From NCBI GenBank assembly GCA_030141605.1, contig JAQGDQ010000020.1:1054001-1118000 (forward strand): a stretch of 64,000 nt of DNA, written 5' to 3'. The DNA comes from Tubiluchus corallicola. Lineage: Eukaryota; Animalia; Priapulida. The position numbers were made by a program, and so were the translations under genes. Below the pieces are notes generated by a model. That model was not told where the DNA came from, did no database searches, and was given only the letters and a program-made list of their open reading frames with translations. Shown one piece after another: positions 1-13,300 of the stretch (the stretch's first letter is position 1; each line of letters starts with the position of its first letter).

Positions 1-171
1 CTTGTCTTACTTTCAGTGAGTCTAAATTTATAGGCAGCGGCTTCTTTTCAAAATGCCAAAAATTCTGGCGTGTAAGTGATACTCGAAAGACTATTTTTCA
101 AAAAGCTCTCAGAGAATCACTTGGTTTTTTTTAAACAGCTCAGTACTCTGCTCATCGTGGAACCTTGATGT

Positions 172-420
172 CGATGGTAGTGGGACCGGTACTTATCTCA
201 TTAGGAAGGATAATCCTAAATGCTCTAAGATGAAATTCTGAACTGTCTTGGCAATGTTTAAATCAGTAATTTTGTATACAAGACATTCTGCTTCAAGATG
301 CTAAATAGGAGCATGGCAGATGAAACCACCCAGTAGCAGACTACCTGGTAGTCACCCACCTAGTTACTGAACAGGATGGGTTCGGTTTAGTTTGGGTTGC
401 CTACTACACACTATGACCAC
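172..420 (-). mobile_element. SINE-like element with 5S/tRNA-like head, copy 1 (boundaries approximate)
   Basis: Shares the ..TTCATCTTAGA..TAATGAG core and a 5S-like GGTGGGTGAC with copies at ~1830, ~12335 and ~31640. Confidence 0.5.
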
Positions 421-604
421 TCAGCTGTAAAACCTCATATGAAATAATATATAGATCTATAATTATAATACACATTACATTTTATCGCATTTCTCGCAAA
501 TGATGCTAAATCATTAATGTAAAGTTATCTGCTGTGTGGCAAACACGGAAAAAACATTTAATTATTCATGTTCTTAATGCAAAATTATTGTTAATGATTG
601 AATG

Positions 605-1040
605 AACCCTCCTTTATCATTAAATTTTGAATGCAAACTTGTTTGCAAGAAAGGAAATGTAAATAAATCGGACAGTACCTGGAATTGAACCATGAACCTT
701 TTACTCACAAGTGAGTAACCACTAGATGAGTCTATCTCAGTAATCATGACATGTCAAAATTCAATTTTTTATTGCTTACCAACCAATTCACCATTTCCAA
801 ACGTTTATTTGCTCACATTAGAGCAGTTACTAACTAATTAGATTAAGCTTTTGTAATTAATTTTTAATCCTTGAATAATTAATTCATTATATTAATCTCA
901 ACATTATCATTAATGCAGGAATAAACCCACAGTTTTGAAACCAAACATCCGAAAGAAAGGAAATTGAGACAAAGCTTGGATTTGAACCGGGCACTGTTCA
1001 TTAGAAGGCGGATGCTATAACCACTAGACTACTGCGCTTC
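605..1040 (-). repeat. Two tandem degenerate tRNA-like repeat modules
   Basis: Reverse complement TCTAGTGGTTA..GGTTCAATTCC / GGTTCAAATCC (A/B-box-like) at ~678-725 and ~975-1035. Confidence 0.5.
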
Positions 1041-1154
1041 ATTGATAATGATAGATCATAATTTGGATTTTACAGTTTATCTTTCTTTCTAAGATTAGTC
1101 TTAGATTTCAAAAGCCTATGACTCTCACATTATTCTTCGTTTGATGAAATTTAG

Positions 1155-1310
1155 AGACCAAGAATGCTATGACCTTAAAGGCATACGAAATGAAAATGAG
1201 CTTCTTTAGCGCACAAACTCTGATGGAAATGTGCAAGAGGTTACTTTCCCGATACTTCCTCCTGACCGCAGAGGATCTCAGTGCATGGGAAACCGATCCT
1301 GAAGGCTTTG
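1155..1310 (+). CDS. IPO11: IPO11 exon
   Basis: ttag|..KMSFFSAQTLMEMCKRLLSRYFLLTAEDLSAWETDPEGF|gtacgt; acceptor could alternatively give a start at 1157. Confidence 0.88.
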
Positions 1311-4300
1311 GTACGTTTGTCTTACATGACGAGAGGAGGCCTGGGTTTTATTCGTGAAGGTGTTTAATGAATATTCAAGTTTTTATCTAATGGCATGTTC
1401 AGACTAGCTAGTTTTCTGCCGCAAGTTTTTTCGCGGACAACAAACTTTCTAGTGTGAACTGCTTTGCGAGTTACTGTCTGCAAGAAGTTGCAAACTCTTC
1501 AATAGTTGCAGTGAGTTAATTTATAGCTAGTTACTGTCTAGTGTGAATGTCTCAGCAAGTTACTCTAGACACCTCTCACAGTTAATAGAGGAGAAGCATC
1601 AGGTCACAGTTAATATCGGAGAGTAACTCGCAGAAAGTTTTGCTGTTTAGTCTGAACATGCTTGCGAGTTACTTGACGAGTAAGTTGGTGAGAAAAATCT
1701 CTATTCTGAACACGCCACACTTACTTCAATACTCCAATAGTGCATTATATGATATAGTGTTATTTCTTATACATTTTGCCACACTGCAAATCGGAATACA
1801 GCACTCAGTGGCAAGCCCTACTTGGGGCAGTTGTTTGTGGTGGGACTGAAACCTAACTAATTATCCTCTAAGATAAGACACTGAACCAGCAGAGGTGTTT
1901 TGTGTCTCCATAACGTTTGGCTGCAAGTACATGCTCCTCATTGAGGTAAACTGCCAGAATCAGTATTGAACCCGCTTGTTGGTTACCGATTTATTCACTG
2001 ACCAGGTTAGATGCTGCTTAACTTTAGTCGCTAAGTACACACAGTAACCACTCCACTATTTGGTTTACCCCAAAATAAAAGAATTTGTTTCTTTCCGAAA
2101 GAAATTGGTTTTGTAATTGATTTAATCTCAGAGTCTTCCATTATTTTGTATATTTTTGATATACAAAATAATAGCAGTTATAGATACACACATAGCATAA
2201 TGTTGAGAATGACTATAATATTACTATGTAATGAATATAAACTAATACAATCGTAAGAAGTGCTTAGTAAGAAATATAAATTTCTCTACAAGCTTAAGTA
2301 CTTGAATATTAACAGTTATATTTAAATGAGTGAATGAATGAACGAACTAATGAACAAATAAATGCATGAACGGATGAATGAAAGAATGAACGGATGAATG
2401 AAAGAATGAACGAATGAATGTGTGAACAAATAGATGAATGAATGAACGAAACGAATGAAAGACTAAATGAATTGATGCACGTATGAATGAATGAAGGAAT
2501 GTATGAATATTTTCTATATAGTAGTTCTGCATATCTCTACTATTTATTTCCCATTTGTCTCTTGTTGAAATTTAACTGATCATCAATCATTTCAGCTGTG
2601 GATGAAGGCGGTGAGGCATGGAGATACAGCCTAAAGGTAAGCAGTTTCTTTTTGCTTTAAAAATAACAATCTGCTTTAATTCTTGGTTTGACTAGTGTAA
2701 CTTATAAATCCTTTGCCACAGTTGTGGTAGTTCTTACATCGGTCAGATTGTGAGAAACGTCCAGTGCAGAGTGAGTGGTCACTTACGTGGAAATAGTTGA
2801 AAGCCAAAAAAACTGTGATGAAGCCATTACGTATGGCTACGTTGAAATTGTGGATTCTGCCGGTTCGATAATAATTTTCCTTGTGATGAAGCCATTACGC
2901 ATGGCTACGTTGAAATTGTGGATTCTGCCAGTTCGATAATAATTTTCCTTGTGATGAAGCCATTACGTATGGCTACGTTGAAATTGTGGATTCTGCCGGT
3001 TCGATAATAATTTTCCTTGTGATGAAGCCATTACATATTGCTACGTTGAAATTGTGGATTTTGCCGGTTCGATAATAATTTTCCTTGTGATGAAGCCATT
3101 ACGCATGGCTACGTTGAAATTGTGGATTCTGCCTGTTCGATAATAATTTTCCTTGTGATGAAGCCATTACGTATGGCTACGTTGAAATTGTGGATTCTGC
3201 CGGTTCTATAATAATTTTCCTTGTGATGAAGCCATTACGCATGGCTACGTTGAAATTGTGGATTCTGCCAGTTCGATAATAATTTTCCTTGTGATGAAGC
3301 CATTATGTTTGGCTACGTTGAAATTGTGGATTCTGCCGGTTCTATAATAATTTTCCTTGTGATGAAGCCATTACGCATGGCTACGTTGAAATTGTGGATT
3401 CTGCCAGTTCGATAATAATTTTTCTTGTTTATTAAATGCGCCCATATTATTAATAAAAAGGCATATTTCATAAACAATTTAAAATTATCTATACAAACAA
3501 AATTGGGGGTAATTGATTCAAGAATGCTTGTATGTCATGCTAAATTAAAAACGTATAATTTTCACGCTTGCAAGAAAAAACTTAATTATTCTTTTTTGTG
3601 TGTCTCTGTGTTATATGGCTTCATTCATAGTATCACCTTGTTTGTCTGACAGCCGTGTACAGACGTCCTATTTGTCGGAATGTTCCGTGAATTCAAGAGC
3701 ACGCTGATACCGACGCTTCTAGACATGGTCCGCCATCTACAGGATCCTTGCGATAATAACGACCTTAACACATTACTGCAAAAAGATGCAGGTAGCAGCC
3801 ATTTGATTGCTTTTGGTTTAGATTTCTCTGGTTTCATACATGGACAGTCATAGACATTGTGACTGATTATGTTTGTTTGTTTTTTTAATTTTGTTTTTTC
3901 CAACAAGTGGGTAAACATTGAGGCAAGATAATTTACAACAGAATAAATTATTTGTGAGCTTGGTCTTGAATGCACTGTTAGACAATGTTTACATTATTAT
4001 GATTGTTAATACTTTAAAGAAAATGAATTTGTTAGAGGTAGATTTATAAATTAAAATGGTTCAAGCAAATTTTTCAATGTGTGCAATATAAACTTTGACA
4101 TTTGAAAATGAAAAGTCACTATAAATTGTATGATATTATTTAAAAAATATGAAAAAAATCTTTGTTGTCACTGTATTAGTGAAATAAAATTGTTATGAAA
4201 TGACATACTTAAATGAATAACACTGTTTACTTTTGCGTACTGTATACGTTTGAAATAAAGTTAATATTTATCTTGTAGTTTATACAGCTGTTGGTCTGGC

Positions 4301-7300
4301 TTCGTTCGAACTCTTTGACGAAATAGATTACGATCATTGGTTCACTACATATCTCATATCAGAACTGCAGATACAAACTCCGTTGTAAGTTCTGTGTTTG
4401 CGTCAGATGTTTTCAATTTTTGCTCGTTAGTTTGCTCCCCTATTACCTATGCCACTTACAAATGTTTATGTTCTTGAAGATAGAAACTAGTCCATTAGTG
4501 GTTTTATCTTCTTGTTTATTCTATTAAAATAACAATAAATAAAAGGTTAAATAATTGAAATATAGCTTCTATTCCCATATTAAGAGCAGCCTCATTCAAA
4601 TAACAAATGTGACAATTATGAGTTAAGGTGCACCGCATAAAAGAACACCAAACCTAAGTACCGGTAATCACAGACATAACTGTTAGTTACACACTTAACA
4701 CTATATTACTAATTTTGAGATCAGTTGTCTTTTTTTCATACATGCTACTCTAAACATGGCCACTGGCTACTCGGGTCAAGTGGCTAGTGGCTGCAGTAAG
4801 TGGCTTTTACTTGATTTCTTGTTTTTTGCCTAGGTATAAGATTGTTAGACGTCGTGTAGCGTGGTTACTAGGACAATGGGTGGGAGTCAAAATGGCCGTC
4901 GAGTTACGACCGGCGTTGTACGAGTGTCTGCAACCATTGCTACGACACGAAGAAGACTTGGTCGTTCGGTTAACGGCTGCCAACACACTACGAGAAGATA
5001 TCCTTTGCTTTATTTTATTGTCTTGACGCTTGCTGAATAAGGCAGTCAAGTCTTGGATTGCATAATTAGTTAATTGCTGTATAATTAACAGCTGGCTGAT
5101 CTTCTGTGGGATGAATTTTTGGTTAATTTCACTGGCAATTGATGTGAATAAGTTCTTCCTTAACGTTTGTACCTATCGACGAATTTGAGTTCAACGTAGA
5201 ACAGTTTTTACCAGTAAGTACTCTTTTCTTTAATTAAGCTAAAATGTATATTCCAGTTTGCTGTTTAGTGAGTCTCTTTTTTTTGTTTGGAAATACAGAA
5301 TGATTGTAAAGGTGTAAAAGTGACGTTTTGTTTTTATTTACTTACTGTTGCTAGAGGCGTGTTTCCTATAGGCTAACTAGGCTCTAGTTTAGGCTGCCAG
5401 ATTTTAGGAGTCTAATTAGAAAATAAGTGTCTCTTATTTAGTTAACATCATTTATTTGGTTATTTTACTTGCTGAAGCAGTTACTGAAAACGTTGTCATA
5501 TAACAAACTAGTACTATGATTACGTAATCGGTACTGCACCAAAAACAATTGCTCGGCCTACTTGTACTTAAGAGCTATGCAAATATAATTTATGTAATGA
5601 TTAATTAACAATTACCACTTGGTAGTAGTCCTAGTAATACACCACAAGTAATAGTGTGTTGCTCTTCATATATAAGCATCTACAAATCCATAATAGAGAT
5701 GGACAGGACTAAACTGTCAGGCTAGGGTGTAGTAATGTCCTGATGTCAAAATTGACTGGTTGGTTCTGCATTGATCAGGTTCTGTTTGTTAAGTAGAATT
5801 TTGTGATAGAGTGACACAGAAGGGTTGCAGAAATTTTTATATTGATTGTTTGCGAAGTAACAAAAAATCTAGACTTGTTATTGATTAACCCTTACAATAC
5901 ATAGTTGCTTTTTACTGGGTCACATTGACATTTGACAACATCTTCTTGTGGTATGCTACTAAAACAGAATTTTGTAAATAAACAAATAGTCTCTCGTTAT
6001 TGAGTACTAATATTAAATAATAGTTTTATTTCTACACATGCACACACATACAAGCACTCACTCATGCACACACACACACACACACATGTGCATTGTGCAC
6101 ACCCTTATAAATAAGCACGTACTTATGTCTAGAGACCAGTTTTCACAAATGACACAATCCATATTATGCAATCATTTTATAAGAATGTAGAACAATCAAC
6201 TAAACATACCGTACAGTATAGTATTGTGGAATGCTCTGGCTTTGGATGCTTATTGGCTGGTTAGTGTTATTTGTTGCAAAAGAACCCCAATCCCACGGCT
6301 GTTAAACTTTTTTACAATGTTTTGCATGGCCATAGCAGTAAAATAAACAAACCTGGTTAACTGCACTTAGTGCTGAGTTTGGGCGAGTCTACCGCCTTCC
6401 ATCCCTTGCATAAAAAACATAGGTGGCAGTGTGCCGCCTTCCATAGTGAAAGGGTTAAGTTATTGTTTCTTTCTGAAGAAATTCTATTCTCTGTAAGGTA
6501 TCTCATGAAGGTAAGGCATTTCAGTGAAACTTTGTGTGAATACTGTGATGGGTAAACTTTCTGATGGGTGGGCTTTGGGGAAAAGTGGGCTTCAGAGTAG
6601 GTTTGGACACTTGCCTTTTCACTCAAATTTTTGTGATGAGCAGTTCGGAATTAGAAAGGAAAGTCAATTTTCATTAATTAAATAGAGCTTCATTTTGAAA
6701 ACTCCGGCATAATACAAAAAAGAAAAGCAGACCTACGTTGTTAATAAAAATTTAACTTTTAAAAACTGGTGACTTCTTAATTAAAATTACATGTTTTTAA
6801 GTGACTTATTTAGTTCAGAATGTGAAGCCTGGACATGTCATTAAGAATGGCATTTATCGTTGCTATGGAATCAATTCTTTGAAAAATTTGAAAGACGAAG
6901 TATAGTAATGTCACAACATAAAAACCGGGTAAATACTTATTATATGAACAACATCATCGAGAACAAAACCGGCATCACAGCAAAATAGACTACTTCATAG
7001 AGTTACTTCACAATGGAGTAAGGCCAAAACCGTTTTAGGCATTTGGTTTAAGCACATCTCTTCTAGAATCTAGTTGTTGCTGCATCATAATGAATCATTT
7101 TGGAGACTAAACTCAATTGTTTCTTGCAGTACTTGGAGTCTTGTTTTGCTTTGCTGTTTCAACTGCTCAAAGATGTTTCTGAATGTGATACCAAGGTATG
7201 TAAGGCTTGTCTAACAGCAATCTTCTGCCTTAAAACCTTAGAAGTATAGTTATTTATACCGGCTGAATGAACCCACAATTATCGAATTTACAAAAAAACT

Positions 7301-10300
7301 TCCTTCAAAAGGAAGAAAACAAGAAAAAAAGTTGGCAAGGTACGGAACCTAGATTTGAACCTTGCCTTGTATTACAAATCGAACGCCGTGATCACTAAAC
7401 TGCTTAACCCCTGGTACAAGCGTAGGCTCGGTTTCCAAAATAGTTTAAAAAGTGTTCAATAATACTGGTTTCATTCCATTGTGTTAAAAATGGCTTCTAC
7501 CGCCGCGTCTCGCATGTTTCCTGCGTTGTTCTAATTGTGTGATAACTTTATTTATTGCACTTTTGTTTTCAGATGCTCGTGCTACATGTACTGTCCATTA
7601 TGATTGAGCGATGCGGTTCCAACATTCGACCATACGTGCCCACATTACTACAGTACCTCCCGTTGCTATGGGAACAATCGGTTGAGCACAACATGCTCCG
7701 CTGTGCAATACTCACTACACTTGTACATGTTGTTCAGGTGAAACATCGCTCTCAAATTGCAATGAACCAAAACTTTAAAAGTAGCCATTTTCTTTAGTCA
7801 CATCAATTCTTATCGTTTGGTGGCACTGCAGTGTTGCATTTTGTTTTACCAGAAAGATGCTAAGCAAAATAAAATATGTGTTTTTTTATTCTTAAGGTTT
7901 GTACAGATAATAAGATCTCTTAGGATATGTTACCTAACAACAATACGGTGTTGTTATTGTTTTTGAAATCTGAAGATACTTTTTTGTGCGACTGATAAGG
8001 TATTAGATATTAAAAAAAATTTAAGCAATATTAATTATTATATTCTGAATGTCAAGATTATTAATCGTAATCCAAACCACATTTATTAAATTTTGATAAA
8101 AACTTGATAGACAGGAAATTTAGAAAGTTGGAATACAACCTGGATTGAACTAAGAACCTTCTGCTTACAAGGCAAGCACATTAGATCACTAGACCACCAT
8201 ATTCCTCTGTGATAAAGGCAGTCCAAAGTTCATCCTTATAGCTGGTCAACTAAATTCAGCATTTCCTATGTTAGATCATTCACACTAGAGTAATTTTAAC
8301 TAATTAGATTGAATATAGTGAAGTAGTGGTGTAATGCATCTGCATTGTAAGCAGAAGGTCCCTGGTTCAAATCCAACTTTTTCACATTTCCTATCTTTAA
8401 AGTCTGGTATCAGAATTTAAGTAATGGCAGATCTGCACCATCTTTTGAACTGAATATTTGTTTGTTTTTTTATGTTAAACTAATAATTCATAAAATGCTT
8501 TGGTTTAGTATCTAAAGACCTTCCATAGCTGCGTGTTTTTAGTAAGCAGTTCTGAACATTGTGGTTTCAACGTGTCTGATTATGCTTTAGGGTTTAGCTT
8601 CAACAAGCGAACAGCTGTATGACTTTCTGTTACCCGTGATCCAATTCAGTACGGACACTAGTCAAGATCCACACATATACCTCATGGAGGACGGACTGGA
8701 GTTGTGGTTGATAACTCTGCAGAACGCTTCACGGATCACTCCCGGTTTGTTACAACTCTTCCAGAACATGGGTTCCTTGCTAGGTAACAATTTTTTCATG
8801 CAAATTATTTTATTCATCTGAATGTCTGTAAGTCGAAATTTGTGTAGGATTACCATGCTTGCTGTCTTCATCATATATAATATTATTTGCAATGGAATCA
8901 GTCACTTCATATCTTTGTATTAACAAGCCCAAAAGTACTTTTTGTAGTGTAATAGTGTATCAAAATTTTCAATGAATCACATTTTTATTTGTAAGTAACT
9001 TGGTAGACTAGTGCTTGCATTTTTTCTACTTCAGATTTAGGCTCTGAAAATCTAAAAACTTGCTTTTGTATCATAGCAACGTACGTTCTTCTGGGACCTC
9101 AAGAGTTCTTACAGGTTTGTGAACTTATTTTCCTGAAATATTCGATTAGTGAGATGCACTTTACATGTCGTGATGCTAAAATGTATTTTCGTACACAAAC
9201 AATCTTTTAAAGCAGTTGACTCATTTATTATCATATTGTAACGATGCTGGGTCCTCGCCGCCAAGGAGTCAGATTGGTGGCTCCCCTAGTCGGTTCATTC
9301 CCTCGTATTTCAGTTTCCAAGTGGTTTGGGTTCAATGCCAAGATAATGAAAAACTTTATGAAGACAGACAGAGATTTGTAGAAATAAATTGCCAGTTAAC
9401 CTGTCCCATTTACCTTGTGCTGGTTGTTTCTACAAAACTTGTCCTGTGATGGTAAAAATACCGATCTGCTTACCTGCTGAATCAACAAAGCCATTCCATA
9501 TTGGCAGTTTTATACCTGCTATGCAATGGCTTCCTAATGGATTGCACCATCACAATATGGGGGTAGGGAGTGAAAACAAATGGCGTTTTGCCATCATTAC
9601 ACTATATTTTATTGTACCAGGTATTGTAATTTAAAAAATATGTGTAATAAAAGCTATTATTTATGCTGGAGATGGATATTACAGAACTGTTACTCAAATG
9701 GGATACTGTAGATGGTGTTACAGGCCAAGATAGGTGTATCCATAAATTGGTCACTACTCCATTTCTTACTTTTTGTGATTTTAAGCAAGAATAGCAAGAC
9801 GGCAAATGTTTGACCAGTCAAATTTTTAGAGGCTTTTAGCAAAATGAACTTGACTTTATCAGTTAAAGTGAAGTCCAAAATCATCACTTCATTTAGCACC
9901 ATTGTCTTCAGACCAAATTGAATTTTGAGTTTCTTTTGCTTAAGAAAAACAGATTTTTTGCATACATTTACAATTACTGATGAAGTATCAGTGCATAATT
10001 TAAAGAGTTACAGGTGGTTTCCATAATCATATTTTCTAGCTAGTAACAGTTGGTTAATGGGTTAGACATGAAGATATTGTGAATAATAACACCGTTCATT
10101 GCTGTGCTTAATCAATTTTGAGTAACAACTAGCTTCCTTAAACAACTACAAGTACAAAAGTTTCATAGCAACTCTTAGTGTTGAATCACACATGTTGATT
10201 CAATGAACTTCTCTAAGGTTATTCAGCCGGTTTGGATCAGCTGATGATATTTCAATGACTTGCAAATTAATTATGGTCAAAATTAAAAAGTATCGAAGTA

Positions 10301-13300
10301 AATAGAAGCTCGTTTTTTGTATTGCTTTATATTGAATTTTTTGATAGACTAAAAACTTTTCTTTACTTTCATTAACTACACACTGAGTTTTGAATGTGTT
10401 TTTTTATAGAAATATGCAGCAGATGTTGCACATACATGTCTTGATATGTATTCTGACATGAGACCAGAAGGAATTGTTATGATCCTACGAGTAAGTGATT
10501 TCCCATATTGTCTTTATTTAGTGCAGTTGCACATTATGAACATAGCAATATTAGACTACCAAAAGATTCGTCACTTAATGCATCTGTAAACCAAGCACTA
10601 AACTATGTTTTACTTGGAGAAAAGCGGGGGCACTTGCTGACTTGCTTTGATATTCTGAGGAAAGATTGGCATATGCATTTTTAGGGTTGTTCAAAATGTC
10701 AATATATGTGGCACTAAGAAGTTGATGAGGACAAAGTGGCACAACATACTAAGTGCTTGCATTTAATGAAATATAATGAATTACATCCGGCAACGTTGTA
10801 TATCAGTTGTTTATTTAATGTGCAGAAAATTGCAAAGTCGTGTTGAAATATACCATCTAATTAAAATAATTTTTCCATGTTTAGATGGTTGAGTTAATGT
10901 TGAGAACTTATCCAGTAGAAGGACCCCATTTATTTAAGGAGCTGCTACCTCGAGTTGTGGGAAACATTTTTGAATACGAGGTAAGAAAAGGACTTCTTTC
11001 AGGAATACGAAGATTTTACTCTTTGCGTAAATGTACATGGCTTGTTCTCTTACTTTAAACTTTGCTGAAGATGGTCAAGTTCATATTTAAAAAAACTTGC
11101 CCGATACTGAATTTTGTTCCTTCTGAAGTTCAGAAACATTAAAACTACTTTGCTAAATTACTAATGCAGCAACTAGTGTTGTACCATTTATCTGACATCT
11201 TCATTATCAGCCTACACCATCGGTCTGCGCCATCAGTCTGTACCATCAGCCTGCACCATCAGTCTGTACCGTCAGCCTGCACCATCAATCTGCACCATCA
11301 CTCTGCACCATCACTCTGCGCCATCAGCCTGCACTATCAGCCTGCACCATCAGTCTGTACCATCAGCCTGCACCATCAGTCTGTACCGTCAGCCTGCACC
11401 ATCAATCTGCACCATCAGTCTGCACCATCACTCTGCACCATCAGTCTGTACCATCAGCCTGCACCATCAATCTGCACCATCAGTCTGCGCCATCAGTCTG
11501 TACCATCAGTCTGCACCATCAGCCTGCGCCATCAGCCTGCACCATCAGCCTGCACCATCAATCTGCACCATCAGCCTCAGCCTACATCATCAACCTGCAC
11601 CATCAGCCTGGAGTAAAAGTAAGAGCACCAAGCTGTGTTGCAGTAAGAGAGCATGCAAGTGGTATAAAATGTTTCAAGATGAATTTTTTAAGTCTTTTTT
11701 TGAAGAGTGCTTTGTTGTGCTTTAAATCACCGTATTTTTATACAGAGTTTATTGCCATAGATTAATCACTTCATAAATATTAGCCTAATTACTTAGCCAA
11801 ATAAAAAGCATTCTATCTTCTGTACTTGTTGCTTGTGCATGTGGTCTGTAGCTTGTAGTTTATGAAATATCATTTTAAGTTCTGAGCATGCTCAAATATG
11901 GGTAGTAATCAACGGCTATAATGAGTGACTATTTGTAGACGAACCCGATGGTACTGTCGATTATCTATGCCATATTAGCGCGGGTTGTTGTTCAGAGCAC
12001 TGACATGTTTCTTCTGGTTCTACAGCAGGTGGTAAAGGAAAATGCGCAACAGGTAAATACAGTATAAATTATTAATATCATTATGCAAATAAATTACTCA
12101 AAACATTAGTACATTTACAAAAAATTGTATACTATTCGATATCATCTTGAAATTCTTACATCATAATTAATAACAGATGTGCGTAAGGGTGGCAATAACG
12201 TAGTGATGCTGACATAATGATGGTGATGATTATGATGGCATTGATGATGATGATGATAACTATGACAATGATGTCACTTTTTTCCATTTGTATACACTCA
12301 CTTAACGAGACTTTTGGTTATTAAGATTACAATTCTCAATATTTGAGAACAATGGATATGCTTCTCGTGACCGAAATTAAACGAAGCAAAACCCGGTCAG
12401 TAAATGATTGGGTTACCACTGGATTTAGTACTCTGGCGTATTTCATTCACCATTCTAATTCTAGCTATGTCTGTCATTGAGTGAGGATGTAATCAAATAC
12501 GAATGCGACTAAAACACCACTGCTGGTTCACTGTCTCACCTTAGAATATTACATTGATAATGAGCTAGATTCCTGTCATGCCACAACCATCACTACTGAG
12601 GGCAGATTTCTGGTTTGCAGAGTGTAAATTGAACAATAATATTACTTTAGGTGGAAGAATTATTTCGGGAAGTTTTGCGGATTTGGATTGACAGAATTAA
12701 CTGTATTACGCAACCAGAAAGGAGGAAAATATGCGGTCTTGCATTAGCCAACTTACTAGCTTGCAACTCAATGTAAATATTATTTAAATTACTATCTATA
12801 TTTTGTGCACCTTTACTCTTTTAATCAGAATGTCAACTTTTACTAGCTGTCATTGCCTTTAAAGCACAAGAAAACCCTCCACTTACATACAGCTTAAAAA
12901 ATTCGCCTTGAAAGTTTATACTACTCAAGTACTGCCATTTTGCATAAAGGACTTGCATCGGCAGCGATACCGTATAAAACATGTAAATTTAAATTTCCGC
13001 AATGGCAGTTAGACGCACCCATTTTGATGATAGGTAATTTGGAACAAGTTTAGATGACACTGAGTAAAGTTTGAAAAAGTAATCAGAGCATTTGTAGTGC
13101 ACACGTCACAAACTAAGTAAAATTTGAAATTACTTTATTTTGTCAATAAAATCAAAAATGCATTTTTTGGTTAGTGAGTGGTGTACCCTGGAGGTGAAAA
13201 CATTTTAAATAATCAATTTTTTTCTAGTTACATAAGTCTTTCAAGCAAGTAAGCGAAATGCTAAGTATTATAACTCGGCATAGAAAGTTTTTTTGGGACA

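Noticed and set aside
2813-3424. CRISPR-like array or ankyrin-coding repeat (AITHGYVEIV)
   Set aside because: There are no unique spacers, it sits in a eukaryotic intron, and the 68-bp unit is not a multiple of 3 and hits stops.
4807-5049. Antisense ORFs over exons (also 3625-3975, 15784-16104, 28319-28639, 47485-47854, 63696-63988)
   Set aside because: These are shadow ORFs of real exons on the opposite strand.
8315-8385. Functional tRNA-Thr gene
   Set aside because: The T stem is only partly paired, there is no acceptor stem, and it is part of a dispersed repeat.
11164-11616. 150-aa His/Cys/Ser-rich ORF nested in an IPO11 intron
   Set aside because: It is fully explained by a stop-free 13-bp minisatellite cycling through frames.
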